DNA from: a virus
Length of the DNA stretch: 64,000 nucleotides
Direction: 5' to 3' (one strand)
IMG/VR virus record: IMGVR_UViG_3300042445_001170
Span: 48,168-112,167 of that record
Each line of letters begins with the position of its first letter. Positions within the stretch are counted from its first letter, which is position 1. The notes beneath the pieces were generated by a model. The model was not told the DNA's origin, searched no databases, and worked only from the letters and a program-made list of their open reading frames with translations. Shown here piece after piece: positions 48,353-58,321 of this stretch. Made by a program: the position numbers and the translations under genes.

Positions 48353-49138
48353 GTCATTACCTCCTTCTACGTTTGCCTGTTTTGCTAATTGTGTTTCAGG
48401 CAACGGTAATCTTGACTTCTTAAATGAAGCAAGAATTTTATCTATTTCTTTTGACTTGTTAATGTCTGAACTTTCTACCCAACCGATTAGCGCAGCTGGT
48501 TTTCCAGATATTGGTGAATCAAAAGTTTTTTCTGTAGACATAAACACTGAGTCGCTGTCTTCGCAATAAAAAATATTTTCTGTTACTACATTTGTAGCAA
48601 GGCCTTTGTAAATCATTTGTCCATTAACCTTTTCGATTGATAGAATGTTACATAGCTCATTTGCTGGTGAGTCAACAATTGAAAGTTCAACAAGATCATA
48701 GTCTTTAATAAATCTTACTGCCTCTCCTGTTGCTTTGTTAACTTCATTGTCAGACTCTTTAATTTTTCCGCCGATTGAAAAACCAGAAAGAGTGCCGTCA
48801 AGAACTTTTTCCCAAGTATCTTGTGCACCCTTTGAAATGTATGAAGTTACATAAACGCCATTGTAAAAAGTTTGAGACTTTTGGTCATAGTATGTTTCTG
48901 GCTTAAATGAAACAACTTTACCAACTGCAATTGACTGATGCATCTCACGAAGATTTCCTCTGAAATTTTCAAAAGCTTTTACGCTTGCTTCTGCTGTGAC
49001 TACATCGCCTGTCTGGTCAACATTGTCTAATGTTGCAAAACCAGATACAGTTCTATTTTCTCGGTTGACCTTAGTAAATGGAATCGACAAATGTAAGTTG
49101 TCGCCATTACTAGACCAATGGCCTTTTTCAATGTTCAT
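47774..49138 (-). CDS. Prohead protease fused to scaffold
   Basis: VSGFA..VDQTGD..REMH..GFSIGG..ELSIVDSPAN; acidic coiled-coil C-terminal half. Confidence 0.85.
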   Translation of the reverse strand: MNIEKGHWSSNGDNLHLSIPFTKVNRENRTVSGFATLDNVDQTGDVVTAEASVKAFENFRGNLREMHQSIAVGKVVSFKPETYYDQKSQTFYNGVYVTSYISKGAQDTWEKVLDGTLSGFSIGGKIKESDNEVNKATGEAVRFIKDYDLVELSIVDSPANELCNILSIEKVNGQMIYKGLATNVVTENIFYCEDSDSVFMSTEKTFDSPISGKPAALIGWVESSDINKSKEIDKILASFKKSRLPLPETQLAKQANVEGGNDMEKLNVGNDAEVVAEAIVEAPAEVTPEVEEVVAEANDESNVNLFDKSLEAVEVTAEDTSADNVEKAADTVEVMVDEPDFAKMLGDLKGFFAETLTKATEANAAQVTEIKTSVEAFSKSVDDRISELAEKHSALSAAVTEIKGTIDGVQKQVDAVEGDTAIKKSSDLGGSEVFTKSKSKWSGAFLGSVNEIFN

Positions 49139-49191
49139 ATGCTTAATTTTAGTGGTTTATCTACTATAACGCAAATAACAGTTGATTAAAC

Positions 49192-50784
49192 TTATTTGAC
49201 TTTTGGACCATCGCCTTTGGGGTTTCTGGCCTCTCCGCTTTTATCTGGGGCATTTGCGGATCTTTGCTGATCTCGCAATCTATTGCCAGTAGACTTGGCA
49301 TTTTGATCAGCCACTTGCTGTGGCTTTAAATCTACCATTTCGTCCCCGCCGTCGACGGTTGTCATATTTTTTCTAATACGGACTTCGTTAGGGGTAATTA
49401 CCTGCATTCTCAAATAGATTTCATCAATACGGCTTTGAGTCTCTTCGTCTGTGAGACTGAGCTCGTTAAACTTTAATTGAACAACATCTGTTTTTTCTGC
49501 AATTAAATAATTTAATTTCTTTTCAAGTCTATCTTGCGCTGGGCGGCAAACTTGCTCTTTAAATGTCTTATCCGCATCCCTAGCAGCGGCCAAGTTGATT
49601 CCTTCTGGGATACCTATTTTGCTAATTGGAACACGATGAGCCAAAAGGATTTCATCTCTATTAGACTTACGATAGATATTAAATGAAGACTCTTGCTCCC
49701 CTGCTTCAATTGGCTCCATCTTAAATTCGGTCTTTGAGTCTGGGGTATCTGCTGGAAGCGGGATATACAATGATCTGTGGTTCTTACCCTTTAATCCAAC
49801 CTGGAAAAATTCAAGAAGTTTTCTTTCTGATTCTGGTGAGAGCTTTGCTCCCTTTACTGTAATAATGTATCTTGGGACCGCCTTGTTTTCAAAGTAGTCT
49901 AGGTTATATCTTCCAGCAAATTCATTTCCTGCCAGTGCTTGCTGCGCTGCAATGATGTCTGGGACTCCGTAGTAGTTGTTCATTGGAGTGTATTTCTTTA
50001 AGTGGATAATTTCATTTGGTCGATCTTCTTGTCCTGCAATTGGGCTTGGTGTTTCTAAGTCTCCAAAATTACGGAAGAATACAGCCTTGCCGTAAAGTAG
50101 CTGAATGAATCCGTCACGGAATCTACGCACACGCATTGTTTTAGCTGGTATATGGCCGATATAGCCTATGTCTCCTGCTGTTGTGCGTCCTACCTCTATG
50201 TAGCCATTTCCAGTTGCCTCAAGGTCTGTGTAGGCCTTTATAAGGGTCTCTGTAAAAGACTCTTCTTCATTACAATCGTCAAGCCATTTGTCTAGCTGTG
50301 TTTTAATTCTATCAATTTTTGCACGGGCCCTGTCTAATTGTTTGTCATCATTAATGGCATCCATTGCATCTTTAGCCTTTGATGTTTCTGCGAACATATA
50401 TCCAAGACCAACAATATTCGAAACCTTTGCATTAATTGCTGCGTAGTTATATGTTGAAACTTCATAAATTTTTGACAGATACTCTAGATTATAGGTTGGC
50501 TCTACAAGATCAAATAATGCATACCCGCTAATTGCTTGCTGCAAAAGGTTTTGCTGTGTGCCGACGCCAGAAGTTCCTACAAAGGCTTTTGAAAAATCAC
50601 GGTTAATTTTACGTTTAAAATTTGTTCCAAGACCTCTTAACTTTTTAATCTCATCTAGGCCTATCTTGAATGGATCTTCGTGCTCCTCGGATTTTTGAAA
50701 ATGGAACCAGTCTGAGGTGTTGGATATATCGATAGTGTTTCCATTATCAATCTCGTCTTCTAAAAATTCTACTTTTCTATTCAT
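49192..50784 (-). CDS. Portal protein
   Basis: TGNGYIEV, HIPA, EIIHLK..YYGVPDI, YFENKAVP, ILLAHRVP, TPNEVR. Confidence 0.92.
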   Translation of the reverse strand: MNRKVEFLEDEIDNGNTIDISNTSDWFHFQKSEEHEDPFKIGLDEIKKLRGLGTNFKRKINRDFSKAFVGTSGVGTQQNLLQQAISGYALFDLVEPTYNLEYLSKIYEVSTYNYAAINAKVSNIVGLGYMFAETSKAKDAMDAINDDKQLDRARAKIDRIKTQLDKWLDDCNEEESFTETLIKAYTDLEATGNGYIEVGRTTAGDIGYIGHIPAKTMRVRRFRDGFIQLLYGKAVFFRNFGDLETPSPIAGQEDRPNEIIHLKKYTPMNNYYGVPDIIAAQQALAGNEFAGRYNLDYFENKAVPRYIITVKGAKLSPESERKLLEFFQVGLKGKNHRSLYIPLPADTPDSKTEFKMEPIEAGEQESSFNIYRKSNRDEILLAHRVPISKIGIPEGINLAAARDADKTFKEQVCRPAQDRLEKKLNYLIAEKTDVVQLKFNELSLTDEETQSRIDEIYLRMQVITPNEVRIRKNMTTVDGGDEMVDLKPQQVADQNAKSTGNRLRDQQRSANAPDKSGEARNPKGDGPKVK

Positions 50785-51118
50785 GAACTTTACCGCCTCT
50801 TAGTACTGAGTCTTTGTAGACTCCGATATCGTATGGGTCTGGTGGGAGTCCCCACTTAAGTCTTTGTTCTTGCTCTGCAAGCTCTTCGTCATTAATTTTT
50901 CTGCGGCCAGATAGGAACTTGGGTTGGCCTTCGTCAATACCGAATGAGCGAACTTCTCTAGCCAAAGCATCGATTCTGGATTTATTGCCTTTGATTGATG
51001 TGATCGAAAGAAAATTGCCATCGTCGTCTCCAATCCATCTGCCATCTGGCATTTCCCAGACATAGATTCCTAGGGTCGTCTCTTCAACAATTTTAGTGTT
51101 TTTCTTTAAGATATCCAT
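50777..51118 (-). CDS. Conserved-looking hypothetical protein upstream of portal
   Basis: GIYVWEMPDG..DDDGNFL; likely start MDILKK. Confidence 0.65.
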   Translation of the reverse strand: MDILKKNTKIVEETTLGIYVWEMPDGRWIGDDDGNFLSITSIKGNKSRIDALAREVRSFGIDEGQPKFLSGRRKINDEELAEQEQRLKWGLPPDPYDIGVYKDSVLRGGKVHE

Positions 51119-51176
51119 AGACCACAATCATACCATTATCTGGTGCCAAAGTCCATATTTTGTAACAGAGAATGCA

Positions 51177-53006
51177 CTAAATTACAATATTTGAACTAGC
51201 AAATTCAATAGAGTAAACCGAGTACGGGGTTAAGTCATTCCCTGATGTAGATTCTGATATGGAGAGCTGTTCTGATCCAACAGAATTTGACCAATTGCCA
51301 ATATAATAGTTATAATGCCTTAATATTTGTCCAGATGTCAATACTGATTGGTAGATGGCTATATTGTTATACTTGGATCCTACCCCATATACAGTCCCGC
51401 CAACATTCTGATTGATCTTAATTATGCCAGAAGTGGCACTTGATAGGGTGATGACTATGTGATGTGGAAACCCAACCGTAAAGTAATTTGAGACATTTGT
51501 CTGGCTTGTCACATTTTGTCCGTTTACATATATTTCAGACACTCCGCTTTTATTTATAGTGCCATCAGATGACCATTCAAATATCTTAGATCCATTTGAG
51601 AATAAAACATTTCTGCCAGAGCCAGGGGTATATATCATTTCAATGCTTCTTGTTGCTACTGTAGAGTCTACATTAAACCCGCCAATATCATGCATGGAGA
51701 GCCCATTGTTTTTGTTATAAGACAGGATTCTTTCGTTATATCTAGATAGGTCATAGTCTTGATCTGAATATATTCTATCTCCAGAATTGTCTGCATAGTA
51801 GTCTAAGTTATTAAAGAAATCAATTGAAAGAGATTCAATTTTTGGAATGTCAAAAGACGTGTCGTCAGATGACATTGTTGTCTTGATATATACACGCTCA
51901 TTTGTTGTTAAATCATTTTTGCTGAAGTAGGGCAAGGACTTGTTGTTTTGACAAGGCTGCCAATCAGTAAGGCCATCTAAACTAATTTCAACAGATATGT
52001 TGTCGTAGTCTGGGGAGTAGGTTAGCTGTGAGCTATTTATTCCAATTCCTGAAGGCACTAATATTTCTTGGGTAAAGCTAAAGCTGGCTGACTGGGCTGT
52101 ATCTGTTTTTGCAAATGTTATGTAGTCGTGGTCTATAGACAGTATGGCATCGCCACTGGTTAATTCTGACCATTTGATTGCAGATGGATAGTAGTACTGT
52201 TTAACTGGCATTATTTTTGAATGATTTAGCGTGAACAAAACTCCGCCGTCTGGCTCTACTATTTGCAAATGATTTAGCTCATATGAACCAGAGTCATAAT
52301 GATTTTGTATTTTGCTTTCTGATAGGGCATATCTATAGAATGCAACACAGTCTATCACAAATGGCTCGACTTCATCCGATGGCCCAGACATAAAAGAAAC
52401 TGTCTGGCTATCAAAGGGATACTCTTCTGAGACACTCTTTGTTGATTTATTGATTCCATTTACATATAATAAAATTGAAGATCCGTTATACACTGCAGAT
52501 ATATACGATGCAGAAGTTTTTTCTATTTTAGCTATTGCAATTGCCGACCCTATATAAAATAATACGTTGCCGTCTTTATAGGTTAGTCCAATTAAATTAG
52601 ATGTATCGAATGCCAATGGTATTTCATTTGTAGAATTTTGTGGTGGCTTAAACCACAAGTCTATGGAAAATGGATTATTCTTATATATAGACGTTGCCAT
52701 TCCTGGCGTATCATATATTATTTTTGTATCTGAGTTCATCTTAGTTCCAGATATAGATCCTGGCACAAGTGGCATCAGTATTGAATTTGATGAGTTAAAT
52801 GAGACTCCGTTGTTGCCGCTTCCTGAATAGTCATAAACTACTGCTCCGCCTAAGTTTGCATAAGATATGCCATTATCTCTTAAGTCTGCGTATGTGGAGT
52901 ATTGAGTTCTAAGTGCATCGTAGGATACTGTTGTTCCAGATATAACTTCGTCTAGCAGGTAGAATGATGTTGGGTGGTCATTTAAGACTACGCTTTTGTA
53001 TGACAT
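51177..53006 (-). CDS. Virion protein with LamG/concanavalin-like domains
   Basis: DYSGSGNNG, FSIDLWF, LYVNG, VAFYRYALS..I..HY; similar motif repeated at the C-terminus. Confidence 0.7.
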   Translation of the reverse strand: MSYKSVVLNDHPTSFYLLDEVISGTTVSYDALRTQYSTYADLRDNGISYANLGGAVVYDYSGSGNNGVSFNSSNSILMPLVPGSISGTKMNSDTKIIYDTPGMATSIYKNNPFSIDLWFKPPQNSTNEIPLAFDTSNLIGLTYKDGNVLFYIGSAIAIAKIEKTSASYISAVYNGSSILLYVNGINKSTKSVSEEYPFDSQTVSFMSGPSDEVEPFVIDCVAFYRYALSESKIQNHYDSGSYELNHLQIVEPDGGVLFTLNHSKIMPVKQYYYPSAIKWSELTSGDAILSIDHDYITFAKTDTAQSASFSFTQEILVPSGIGINSSQLTYSPDYDNISVEISLDGLTDWQPCQNNKSLPYFSKNDLTTNERVYIKTTMSSDDTSFDIPKIESLSIDFFNNLDYYADNSGDRIYSDQDYDLSRYNERILSYNKNNGLSMHDIGGFNVDSTVATRSIEMIYTPGSGRNVLFSNGSKIFEWSSDGTINKSGVSEIYVNGQNVTSQTNVSNYFTVGFPHHIVITLSSATSGIIKINQNVGGTVYGVGSKYNNIAIYQSVLTSGQILRHYNYYIGNWSNSVGSEQLSISESTSGNDLTPYSVYSIEFASSNIVI

Positions 53007-53013
53007 CCCGAAC

Positions 53014-54114
53014 CTACTTTTCTTCTAGTAATTTTACTCTTGCTGTAAGTTCTTGGACTGCTTTAATTAGCGGAGAAATAAATTCTTCGTATCTTAATGC
53101 TTGCTGTCCTTCTGGATCATTCACATCAGAAATTACCCAACCGCCAAAGTCTGCAATGTTAGCTTCATCTAATACAGACTTAACCTGTTGTGCAATTAAT
53201 CCGTAATGTGTTCTGTCCCCGTCAATTTTATTATACTTAACTGGGCTAAGATTATTGATGAAACTTAATCCTAAATCTGATGCCGCTACATTCTCTTTTG
53301 TTCTTTCGTCAGAAATTACTGTTGCTGCTGTATTTAAATATATATTTTTCCAAGCTCTTGTAACGTTATCTGGGCCAGAGTTAATAGGTCCTAGTAGGCC
53401 TAAAGAAAATGAATTTGTTACGAATGGATACCACGATGAGTTTACTCCAGTTGATGAAGTTGCTGTTGTTTGCAAAGCAATTCTTGTTGCAATCGGATCT
53501 ATAACCGCATTTGATCCTGCTGGACCAGCTGGGCCTGTTGCACCTTGTGCGCCATCTGCTCCACGAGGAATTACAAAATCTAATAAAACTGCACTAGACG
53601 TTCCACTATTTGTAACTGTTGCGCTAGTTCCTGCTGCTGACGTGGTTGTTGAATTTACTGATATGGTTGCTGCAGCATCCCCCTTGGGGCCTGTTGCACC
53701 TGTAGCACCAGTTGATCCAGTATCTCCTTTTGGCAGAACTAAATTTAAAACTTGAGACGGAGATGTACCAGTTATAGTTGCAGATGCCGTTACTCCTGCT
53801 GTGACTGTTCCGATAGATAAAACATTAGAAGGTCCAGGGCCTCCCAAAATTCCATCTTGTCCTCTTGGAATATTAAAAATTAAAGATTGTGATGGAGATG
53901 TTCCAGTAATAGTTACAGATGCATCTTGACCAGCACTAAGTGTATTTGTTGCAGATACAGTTAAAACATTTGACGGGCCAGTTAGTCCTTGAGGACCAGG
54001 ATGTGCTGCTATGTACGTTGCAATATCTTCGCCTAAAATACCAAGATCCCTAGGTACATCGGGTGAATCCGAGTAACTTGGGAAATGCCATCCATTAACG
54101 CCTACTGTTGCCAT
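53014..54114 (-). CDS. Collagen-like fibre protein with a C-terminal S74 chaperone
   Basis: Gly-X-Y runs (GPQGLTGP, GDTGSTGATGATGPKGD, GADGAQGATGPAGPAG) alternating with LxFxIPRG modules; SDERTKEN...GLIAQ...LIKAVQEL. Confidence 0.82.
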   Translation of the reverse strand: MATVGVNGWHFPSYSDSPDVPRDLGILGEDIATYIAAHPGPQGLTGPSNVLTVSATNTLSAGQDASVTITGTSPSQSLIFNIPRGQDGILGGPGPSNVLSIGTVTAGVTASATITGTSPSQVLNLVLPKGDTGSTGATGATGPKGDAAATISVNSTTTSAAGTSATVTNSGTSSAVLLDFVIPRGADGAQGATGPAGPAGSNAVIDPIATRIALQTTATSSTGVNSSWYPFVTNSFSLGLLGPINSGPDNVTRAWKNIYLNTAATVISDERTKENVAASDLGLSFINNLSPVKYNKIDGDRTHYGLIAQQVKSVLDEANIADFGGWVISDVNDPEGQQALRYEEFISPLIKAVQELTARVKLLEEK

Positions 54115-54120
54115 TTTTTA

Positions 54121-54129
54121 ATTATACCA
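54121..54129 (-). promoter_or_regulatory. Extended -10 promoter, leaderless
   Basis: TGGTATAAT 6 nt before the ATG at 54114. Confidence 0.7.
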
Positions 54130-54130
54130 C

Positions 54131-54748
54131 CTATGAAATTATCTTACTTCTTTTAAACATGAAAGCTGGGCACATGTACTTATTGCCAGAAACAAGTGGA
54201 GTTGAGGCATGAAAATATGGTTTTACTGAAGGGAATATGACAAGGCTGCCAGCTTCTGGCTTAATCTTTATGTCCTGTTCTGGGAATGCTAGGTCTCCTC
54301 CAACGTAGTCATCGTTTAAATAAAGAACAATTGAGGCAGTTAGTCTTGCCTCATCGTCATCTTCTTCACAATCTATGTGGGGCCCCATTTGAGCTGGTGG
54401 GAAATACTTTCTTATTGTAACTTCATTCGGCAAAAACCCTAAATCTTTATTTAAAGATTCGGAATAGTCTGCTACGCACAAATTAATTGCATTAAGTATT
54501 GTAGCCACAATTAAAGCATATCTTTTATCTACATCGTTGTTTGACTGTGGGGCAGTGAAGGCACCAGACTTGTATTCTCCAAAAATATCATTTGGGTTAT
54601 TGCTTGATGTCCATCTCATCCATTTTGTTAAATGAGCATTTTCTTGAGATAGGACATCTAGCCTTTCAATTTCTTTTACAAACTCGTTTGGGTTGGCAAT
54701 AACATTTTTATAATAATAAATGTTATTATCAAGAAGTTCTTTTATCAT
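54131..54748 (-). CDS. 2OG-Fe(II) oxygenase, P4H-like (start moved to MIKELL)
   Basis: HID...YLNDDYVGG...FPS..PYFHAS...KY. Confidence 0.88.
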   Translation of the reverse strand: MIKELLDNNIYYYKNVIANPNEFVKEIERLDVLSQENAHLTKWMRWTSSNNPNDIFGEYKSGAFTAPQSNNDVDKRYALIVATILNAINLCVADYSESLNKDLGFLPNEVTIRKYFPPAQMGPHIDCEEDDDEARLTASIVLYLNDDYVGGDLAFPEQDIKIKPEAGSLVIFPSVKPYFHASTPLVSGNKYMCPAFMFKRSKIIS

Positions 54749-55443
54749 TCTCTGCCTTCTGGCATTACTGGTTTGCCTTCTGGTGTTGCCCACTTTTTAT
54801 AAATCTTTTCTTGTTCTGCTCTTACTGCCTTTAATTCTGTTGCCCAAGCTTCTCTCTGCTCTTCAGTATATTCTATGCTAGCATCATCCCAAAATGAACC
54901 GATTGTATATCTTATGCCACCCTTTACTGTAGTAACCATATGCTCTCGTGTATGTCCACCAGCAAATATTGCAGTTAGACCAACCTTTGGCTTTATGTCG
55001 ATATCGCTATCCTTAAACTTTAGGTGACCACCTTCAAAATCATCATTTAAATAAATAAATACCGCATACTTACTTCTTTCAAATGCTGTAGGGTTTCCAA
55101 GTTCATCTGAGTTGTCGGAATGATAGTCTGCAAAAGCGCCCTCAATCCATCTCTGTGCATGGTAGCTAACTTCAGAAACTTCAAACCCTAAAAGCTCTTC
55201 AGTCTTTGCTTTTATTTTTTCTTTGAGCTGATTAAAGAAATCTTCTGGCAAACCAAAAAGTTTTAAATTAGGGTCTGAAGGCCAGTATCCCATAGCTTCT
55301 GATCCATAAAATGATATCTCGTTCCACTTTAATATCTTGTTTTCAACCAAAAAATCAAAATAATTTATAATAGCAGAACAGGTTTTTTGATCTACAAAAT
55401 TTTCTACTATAAAGAATTCATCTCTTATTTTTGGAATTGGCAT
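54745..55443 (-). CDS. 2OG-Fe(II) oxygenase, P4H-like
   Basis: HSD...YLNDDFEGG...HMV...RY. Confidence 0.88.
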   Translation of the reverse strand: MPIPKIRDEFFIVENFVDQKTCSAIINYFDFLVENKILKWNEISFYGSEAMGYWPSDPNLKLFGLPEDFFNQLKEKIKAKTEELLGFEVSEVSYHAQRWIEGAFADYHSDNSDELGNPTAFERSKYAVFIYLNDDFEGGHLKFKDSDIDIKPKVGLTAIFAGGHTREHMVTTVKGGIRYTIGSFWDDASIEYTEEQREAWATELKAVRAEQEKIYKKWATPEGKPVMPEGRE

Positions 55444-55444
55444 G

Positions 55445-56227
55445 TCAGTATCCTAAATTCTTTCTTTCAGAATATCTCATGTTTGCTGGGTTTTCTCTTT
55501 CAATTCTTTTTTGCTCCATCTTGGCCCATGTATAAGCTCCATAGTGCTTTTGATTTGCAATCCATTGTGGGTGACCATCATAATAGTATTGGATAAAGTT
55601 TCTTATAAAGAACTTGTTGCCATTTCTAATTGTTCTTACTCCATGGAAATAAGGGTCTTGTGAAGGGAATACAAGGATGTCTCCAGCTTTTGGCTTATAT
55701 GGGAAATATTCTTCTCCTATATAAAACTCAATGTCTCCGCCCTCATAATCATCATTGATGTATGTTGTACATGTAAGCAAAAACTTTGGACCAGGCATAT
55801 CTCTTTCTGAAATAATAAAGTCTGTGTGGTACTGCATTGACATTTCGTTTCCCATTGTATCAACATTTGCATCATATTTTGAAAAAGATGATGTCATTAA
55901 TTTAGCTGATTCTGGCAATACAATCCCGTATGTATTTTTGTAATCTTCAATAGCAGTATTATAAGCCTCATAGACTCTATCTGAAAGCATCTTTTCTTCA
56001 TCGTATCTTGGGCCGAATTCTCTAGGCTCATCCTCATTATGTTTTTGTTGAGAGTATGTTCCAAATATTGACCACTCGTCCCAATTTCTTAAATAGTATC
56101 TGCCTTCTGCATCGTGATCTGACTCTTTCATGATTCTATACAACTCGTCAGCATCTGGGAGAAGCCCCTGGTATATTCTTACATTTGGCAAAAGCTCAAA
56201 AGATGTATACTCATAATTATTTGTCAT
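55445..56227 (-). CDS. 2OG-Fe(II) oxygenase, P4H-like
   Basis: HTD...YINDDYEGG...YFHGV...KF. Confidence 0.88.
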   Translation of the reverse strand: MTNNYEYTSFELLPNVRIYQGLLPDADELYRIMKESDHDAEGRYYLRNWDEWSIFGTYSQQKHNEDEPREFGPRYDEEKMLSDRVYEAYNTAIEDYKNTYGIVLPESAKLMTSSFSKYDANVDTMGNEMSMQYHTDFIISERDMPGPKFLLTCTTYINDDYEGGDIEFYIGEEYFPYKPKAGDILVFPSQDPYFHGVRTIRNGNKFFIRNFIQYYYDGHPQWIANQKHYGAYTWAKMEQKRIERENPANMRYSERKNLGY

Positions 56228-56891
56228 TGTCTACTCTACCTAATCTAGTTATTGTCCAAAAGAATGGTGCGGTGTATCTTGTTCCGCTTGTTACTTTTGT
56301 TACCCCATGAATATAGTTCTTATCTCCTGGGAAAAAATATGCAGCCCTTGGCTTTGGTTTAAACTTTATATTTTGCAATGGGAAGAACAGCTCTCCACCT
56401 TCATAATCGTCATTCAGATAGAATACAGTTCCTATGTCATACCAAGGAAACTCATTCTCTGTTCCAGCATCTGGGCCTTCGTGAAGCTCTTTATCCGCAT
56501 GTGGGAATTGCATTGCTCCTACTGGCCACCTTACTATAGCTGCGTCAGTAGGTGAAACCTCTACATCAAACTTCTCTCTAATGTGAGGAGTCATTCTTTT
56601 CACAACAAGATTTAATATTCTAACAACTTCTGGGTCAGCTTTCATTAAGGAGTCTTTAGTTGCAACTCTATCTTCCCATACTCTGTGGTCATAAATAATA
56701 TTTCCGTTTTCGTTCCACTGTGACTCTGTGACGTCCCAAATTTTATTGTTTCTTGCAAAATTTAAAAGATATTCTTGTTCTTCTAGCGTGACCATGTCCT
56801 CTAGCTCTACTACATTATCTGGTGAGTTGCCGAAATGACCAGATGGGGTAATTGACATTCTTGCAAACCTAGCTCTTTTTGTATATTCCAT
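56217..56891 (-). CDS. 2OG-Fe(II) oxygenase, P4H-like
   Basis: HAD...YLNDDYEGG...HGV...RY. Confidence 0.88.
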   Translation of the reverse strand: MEYTKRARFARMSITPSGHFGNSPDNVVELEDMVTLEEQEYLLNFARNNKIWDVTESQWNENGNIIYDHRVWEDRVATKDSLMKADPEVVRILNLVVKRMTPHIREKFDVEVSPTDAAIVRWPVGAMQFPHADKELHEGPDAGTENEFPWYDIGTVFYLNDDYEGGELFFPLQNIKFKPKPRAAYFFPGDKNYIHGVTKVTSGTRYTAPFFWTITRLGRVDNDK

Positions 56892-56898
56892 TTTTCAC

Positions 56899-57627
56899 CT
56901 ATTCATATTTCTTTAAAGACCTGACGTTGAGCTTATACGCTCCACCATCTTTTGTTCTAAACTTTTTTGCCTGCTGGTTGTGCCTTTTTTCTATTTCATC
57001 TTTAGAATAGAATTTTTTTTCCATCTTCCAGTCTTCTCTTTTATATGGTATTAATTGCATGTAAGGTGTTCCTGCTGGAATGGTGCCCTCAAAATCTTTT
57101 TTAAGAAAAAATGGCATTAGGCCAGGAGTATCCATCTTATCATTATCTATTATAGCAGAAGTGGTAATAAATGGTAAATCAAATCTATTTATTGGATGAA
57201 TGTACATTACGCTATATCCATCTGGAACGGATGGCGCCCAGTTTGGATACCAGTGAAAATGATAGTCATCGCATCCAATTGGTGTTGGGAAACTTTTCAT
57301 TGGCTGTCTCACTCCTATAAAATCCTCATAGCCAGCTTCCGTTTTTACAAAAGTAGTTCCATCTGTATTCTTTTTAAAAGTTATATTACATGGTGTTACG
57401 TAAACATATCCGCTTATAAATATATCAAGTAGTCCTGGACATGATCTAAATGTTCTTACTGGACCGCCCTCTGTATTTAAATATGGCTCCTGGGTATTTG
57501 GGTCAATTTCAAATTTTGGAGCATCCTTAAACCATTCTGGCATTAAAGACTTTGTGGTCTGCGGAGCATACGAATCAGAAATAATGTTATATAGCCTATT
57601 AGAATGAAATGTTATTTTATTTGTCAT
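56899..57627 (-). CDS. DUF6065-related hypothetical protein
   Basis: PEWFK..CPG..SGY..PDGYS..HPINR..GTPYMQLIP; no HxD...H triad. Confidence 0.6.
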   Translation of the reverse strand: MTNKITFHSNRLYNIISDSYAPQTTKSLMPEWFKDAPKFEIDPNTQEPYLNTEGGPVRTFRSCPGLLDIFISGYVYVTPCNITFKKNTDGTTFVKTEAGYEDFIGVRQPMKSFPTPIGCDDYHFHWYPNWAPSVPDGYSVMYIHPINRFDLPFITTSAIIDNDKMDTPGLMPFFLKKDFEGTIPAGTPYMQLIPYKREDWKMEKKFYSKDEIEKRHNQQAKKFRTKDGGAYKLNVRSLKKYE

Positions 57628-58321
57628 TTACCCGTAGCCTCAAAGTCTTGGTCTCGTGTTCACCGACAACTTTTCCCTTATGATCCGTTGCGTTCCTATA
57701 GAAACCCGCCCACTTACCAGACTGATTAATTTTATCTACTGTCATTCCGTATTCTCTTCCATCGTAGGCCGATCCGACATAGCCCTTGCCATCATAAAGA
57801 TCTACCTCATATCCATTAATTTCTTTTAGTGATATTGGAAGTATTACGGCAACGGGTGTGCCAGCTTTTATGGTTATAACTTTTCCTGGTGAAGTAACTC
57901 TCCATACGACTGGAACTTCCCCAGAAAAAAATGATGTTGTTAATAAAGTTGTAAATGCTTGTGCTCCATCTATAAAAAAGTTGGGGGCTGGCATTGTTAG
58001 GATTGTTGTGTTTTTATCAGTCTTAAATGTAAGTCCAGTTATAAAGCTTATTGTTGCATTAGACCTATTTGTATGAACATATTTTTCTCCAGAAAGTACT
58101 TTAATGTGTATGGGCTGGCTGTCTGATATTCCGTCCCAAATAAAGGAGATGTCTTCTGGGAAGGATATTCCCCATCCTAAAGTATTAGATAGGCTGACTG
58201 GAAAACAGTTATATGCATGTCTGTCTGCAGTCTCATCCATCCATTCTCTATTTACTTTTATTTGTTCTATTTTTGCTGGGTTGTCGCCAGTCTTAAAAAC
58301 ATTTATTTTACGCATATCCAT
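57617..58321 (-). CDS. DUF6065-like protein
   Basis: REWMD...AYNCFPV..SN..GW...GTPVAVILP. Confidence 0.65.
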   Translation of the reverse strand: MDMRKINVFKTGDNPAKIEQIKVNREWMDETADRHAYNCFPVSLSNTLGWGISFPEDISFIWDGISDSQPIHIKVLSGEKYVHTNRSNATISFITGLTFKTDKNTTILTMPAPNFFIDGAQAFTTLLTTSFFSGEVPVVWRVTSPGKVITIKAGTPVAVILPISLKEINGYEVDLYDGKGYVGSAYDGREYGMTVDKINQSGKWAGFYRNATDHKGKVVGEHETKTLRLRVNDK

